Positions 60,312 through 64,000 of a stretch of DNA of 64,000 nucleotides are shown piece by piece (positions within the stretch are counted from its first letter, which is position 1; the number at the start of each line of letters is the position of its first letter). Made by a program: the position numbers and the translations under genes. Source of the DNA: Mayamaea pseudoterrestris (lineage: Eukaryota); contig BROI01000009.1 in the NCBI GenBank assembly GCA_027923505.1, positions 806,001-870,000 on the forward strand, given 5' to 3'. Under the pieces are notes generated by a model. That model had not been told where the DNA came from, made no database searches, and saw nothing but the letters and a program-made list of their open reading frames with translations.

Positions 60312-61487
60312 TCACCGCGTTCCGCCAAGAGGAGGCGATGAAGCGTAGGAGTCAGAAAGTGATATATCCAAATCGTCTACCAGTGACTGTATATACTTCT
60401 CGTCGCCCCATGTGGTTTTCCGTGCCAGCTCCTGATACTTGGAGATGCGCGACTCGGAGATATGATCAACCGTTGAAGCGGTTTCCGACCCTTCAATCGA
60501 TTCTGTGGCAGAAACATCCCCGTCTGGAGGATTATTTTGTACTGCTCCGCGTTCCACATCGTCCGATGTCTCAGAATTTTTGCGCGAAATGATGGAAGGG
60601 TCGCGGCCATTCGTGTATACTGATTCGTCGTATTCGCTAAAGCCGTCGTACGCTTGATTCCGAGTCTCGTCGTCATTCTCTTCAACATCGTCACTCTTTC
60701 TCAAAAAATCTTCTTCGTCCGTCTGTTCGTGAGCGAGGTCATGATCGTCTCCAGGCAAGTAGTCTGCATCAAAATCCAAATCGTCATGACGTTTCCGAGG
60801 GTTAAGAAAGCAATTCATCAACAATGCCACGAGAAACAGAGAGCTTGCCGCAACCCCATACTTCCCCGATAGTCCCAGCATACATTGTTTTGCTTGTTGA
60901 GGTGTCGACTCTACGCCTTCTGTTTGAAACCATAAAGGATTCGAGCAAAGAGCCACGTCAAAAAACAGAAATTTGCTTCCTTCCGCAATAAACGAGAGCA
61001 TGACAATCGGCAGCAACAGGCCCGGCCAAAGGATATTTGTCGGGAGTGGAGTCAAGACCATCAGCCAGTTCAACAGCGTAGAGATACCGCCTCCTACGGC
61101 GGCAATGATCGCCATGATGCGTGAGACTTTCCACGTCTTGTCATTTGACATGAAAACCTCTGTAAATTGTTTAGAGTACGGAGTGCATCCTGGTAACCAG
61201 CGCTGTCGATTGTCGTTTTCGAGGGTAAAACCGGGCTTCTGGATCATAAACAGGCCAATTTCTAACTGACTGCTACTATTCCATGCAGAATTGGCTGGAA
61301 CAAAGTCAATGTCCACATGAATGAAGTCGCAGCCGGCCGACGAGTAGAGTGACAGAATCAAGGCCGCTGTCAGAATCGGCGCGAGTAAGACGGGAATAAG
61401 CCCGTAGAGACAGCAACATGCTCGACAACTGCGTCGCTGACGAGCCATGCATGATGGTGACGATGAATCCTTCAAGTCGATTGCCAT
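60312..61487 (-). CDS. Multi-pass (about 4 TM) membrane protein with acidic C-terminal tail
   Basis: Four hydrophobic helices with Cys-containing loops. Start uncertain (ORF open to 61694). Confidence 0.65.
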   Translation of the reverse strand: MAIDLKDSSSPSCMARQRRSCRACCCLYGLIPVLLAPILTAALILSLYSSAGCDFIHVDIDFVPANSAWNSSSQLEIGLFMIQKPGFTLENDNRQRWLPGCTPYSKQFTEVFMSNDKTWKVSRIMAIIAAVGGGISTLLNWLMVLTPLPTNILWPGLLLPIVMLSFIAEGSKFLFFDVALCSNPLWFQTEGVESTPQQAKQCMLGLSGKYGVAASSLFLVALLMNCFLNPRKRHDDLDFDADYLPGDDHDLAHEQTDEEDFLRKSDDVEENDDETRNQAYDGFSEYDESVYTNGRDPSIISRKNSETSDDVERGAVQNNPPDGDVSATESIEGSETASTVDHISESRISKYQELARKTTWGDEKYIQSLVDDLDISLSDSYASSPPLGGTR

Positions 61488-61754
61488 GGTGGTATACTTT
61501 GTGGAGGGATGCATCCTTGGGTCACGATGAAAGATCGCGCCCGTCACCCATCGGTTGCACGTGCGGGCCGAAAATTTGCGAGCCGGCACAGCCTTATGTC
61601 GTACCAGCATCCGACATCGATGAGGTGTAGTCGTATCGGTACTAAATTTCGTCGGCGCGCCACAACCATGGAAGATTCCGCAGACTCGCAACATACATTC
61701 GTTCGCAACTTGACCTCAGCGGTGTTTTCTTCGTTTATACCACATCTCCTTGCC

Positions 61755-62549
61755 ATGTCTAATGTAACGAGAGACGAGCTGCTAACACGCTATTTAACGC
61801 CACTTCTGGAAAAGCATGAACGTAACGAGACGATCGTTTGGGAGGATCTTATGCATGCCAAGCATTCGGCTGATGCTGCACTCCAGTCGAGTGACAGCAA
61901 AGAGGCTCAAAAGGAGGCAGAGGAAGAGCTTCAACAACTGCACAAGTCTCAGGTCGCGCTTTACCGCGAACAAGCCGCACATGCTCTTTTACAATGGTGT
62001 CAGACATGGAAACTTCCCGATCCTACGGAAGATGAAACTCACATGCAGTACGTTCAGCGATGCTTGACACGAGCATTTGACGAGCGACCATTCTGGAAGC
62101 TTGGTACTGGTATGCTGCAGAAGATTCTCTCGCCGCCGATAAAGAAGCGGACGGAAGCTTTGTATCTGGACATGACCAATCGGCGCCGTCGCAAGCAGGA
62201 CGATGAAGTAAAAGACGCTTTGAATGCAGAAGAAAGCGACGGAGAAATTGGCGAGGAGGACGAAGTCGATGGAGAGGATGAAGAGTTGGACGGTGCTGGC
62301 GATACTGAGGATGGAGAGGCTGGCAACGAAGAAACGCATCCAAAAGCAAACACTGCAGGAAAGTCAACTTTAGCGAGCAAAGCGGCCGTAAACAAGAAGA
62401 AGGTTGTTCCCGTCAAAAAGACTATTCAACGGAAGAAGCGACCGGCTGCAGTGACCACCGACAAGTTGAATCAACCAAGGAAAGTCGGTGCGAAGAAGCG
62501 CGGCAGAGGCGGTGCTACAGCTACTGGCGCTGCTAGCAGTAACAAGTAG
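61755..62549 (+). CDS. Hypothetical protein with acidic and basic (NLS-like) C-terminus
   Basis: Long ORF 61509-62549. Probable ATG at 61755, given the divergent neighbour. Confidence 0.55.
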   Translation: MSNVTRDELLTRYLTPLLEKHERNETIVWEDLMHAKHSADAALQSSDSKEAQKEAEEELQQLHKSQVALYREQAAHALLQWCQTWKLPDPTEDETHMQYVQRCLTRAFDERPFWKLGTGMLQKILSPPIKKRTEALYLDMTNRRRRKQDDEVKDALNAEESDGEIGEEDEVDGEDEELDGAGDTEDGEAGNEETHPKANTAGKSTLASKAAVNKKKVVPVKKTIQRKKRPAAVTTDKLNQPRKVGAKKRGRGGATATGAASSNK

Positions 62550-62674
62550 TGACTACAATGCTGACGACATGAGGTTGCAGCATGCTATCTCAATAACTTT
62601 TATCTACATGTGCAGAGGCATTAACTATTGTCATTATCTATTTCAATAAGTCAAGAGGGCTGGACGCTTACAAC

Positions 62675-64000
62675 TTAGAAACATTCCCATGCTTGTTCTT
62701 CCGCTCGTCGATGGGCAAACGTCGTCGTCTCGCACGGATCGATGCTCCAGGTACTGAGTAGATCGCGAAAGTGTTGTGGCGACGATACATGTACGCTAGG
62801 CTGATTGAGAAGAAACTGACTGATCCATTGAGAGGCTTCTTTTCCCACTTGAAGGAGCTCCCTTCGAAGCTCCACAAACTTGTCATCGCATATGTCAATA
62901 GCATAGTGGAAATTCGGTCTCTCTTCTTTTTTCTTTTTGCCAACCAATTTAAGAAATATCTTTCTTAGTGTGCTTTCGTTGTCAACCGGCCGTAACGGTT
63001 TGTCGAGCTGCAGAAACTCTTTAAAATCGTGGGCAAACCGCCGAGCCAAGCCATTCTCCTTGACGAATGGCTGGCTAACCTCATACAAAAAGACCTGATT
63101 TCTCATATAAGCAGGCGGATATGGCATCGCAAATGCCTTTCGGGTGTTGGGCGATTGCATATCTGAGCCCGCACCATTTAGCAAAGCTTGCTCCTTTGGA
63201 TCGGTCACGTTTGTTTTCCCAAGCATTGCTAGATGATGATGGAACTGGACGCGATCTGGTAATTTTCGGCCAACCATTTGTTCCGCAGGTAGCATTACTG
63301 CCTCTCCGTCGGTAAAGTTTCTTCTCTTTTGACTTTGCCTAACCTGTTATGAAGAATGCAATTGTTGAGTGGGTGTTGGGTGTTGGATACGTAACATATG
63401 AACAAACTCGCTGTTTTAACACCATAACTCACGTTAAAGTTGTAATAAGATTCAAACCACTTGACTGGATGACGAAGCCCCACCACAAGTCTCGTGTCAG
63501 GCCAGTACTTGCGAAAGGCGCTCAGTGCAGGAGGACGACGGATATCATTGGGTGCCTTGTAGCCTCGGCGCTTGTTTGCATCGTAGGGGCCCAGCTCGTA
63601 CATTGATTTAACCATTTTTGCTGGACCTCTCGTCGCATCAAGCAAATGATGTATTTCTTGGTTGTAAATGAGTACTTGTGGATGTTCATACAGCCAATGT
63701 TTTATAAACGTTGTCGCAGTCTTGGCATGCCCTATAATAGCAAAATCCATAAGGTATTGAACATCGCTCGTTACATTCATAAAGTCGTCAGTAATCAATG
63801 AGGTCAGAGGAGTTTCCGACACTTGTGGGTGGTGCGAGTTGAGTTTAGTATGGCCAATGATGTATATCGCCGCCACACCCACAGCAAGCATTATGCTGAG
63901 CAAGCATCCGAAGAAATTCCACCGTGGTCTTTGGTGGAAAATCTTAGCGACTATACGAGCATGGAATGCTTTAGCAGCATCAGCATCAGCAGCATATTCC
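62675..64000 (-). CDS. Membrane-anchored sulfotransferase-like protein (intron 63432-63344; 5' end beyond the window)
   Basis: 5'-PSB FAIIGHAKTATT and 3'-PB LRHPVKWFESYYNF. Splicing joins the two ORFs in frame. Confidence 0.78.

Overview
This is eukaryotic nuclear DNA, almost certainly from a pennate diatom: short GT-AG introns, bipartite ASAFAP-type plastid presequences, a Phaeodactylum-like FAD6 and a CoDi-type Copia element. The window is dominated by two near-identical copies of one gene block. Copy A is 1-26465 and copy B is 33179-55669, separated by 26466-33178 (hypothetical gene, Cu-type P1B ATPase, DUF3605). They may be two haplotypes joined in tandem, since the sequence around the 26465 junction is riddled with indels. 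Each copy carries a different mobile element, so the other copy shows the empty site. Copy A has an intact 8734-bp tyrosine-recombinase retrotransposon (4500-13233, minus strand) with Ngaro/PAT-style split direct repeats (A1-ORF1-RT/RNaseH-YR-B1-A2-B2), no target-site duplication, a perfect G-quadruplex spacer and structured repeats. Copy B has a Copia element (about 38900-44000) whose two LTRs are both truncated on their outer sides. It replaces 664 bp of host DNA ending exactly at an 18-bp palindrome, and its primer-binding position is complementary to its own LTR (possible tRNA-independent self-priming). Host genes: two GT8-like glycosyltransferases, a TPR-like hypothetical, a CS-domain protein, plastid FAD6, a TALE homeobox protein, CDC37, a GOT1-like protein, a secreted/plastid repeat protein, a low-complexity membrane protein, ilvC (with a candidate intronic C/D snoRNA), fabZ, plastid PDH E2, a 4-TM protein, a hypothetical and a sulfotransferase. 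All calls are from reading the sequence by eye; no database searches were run.
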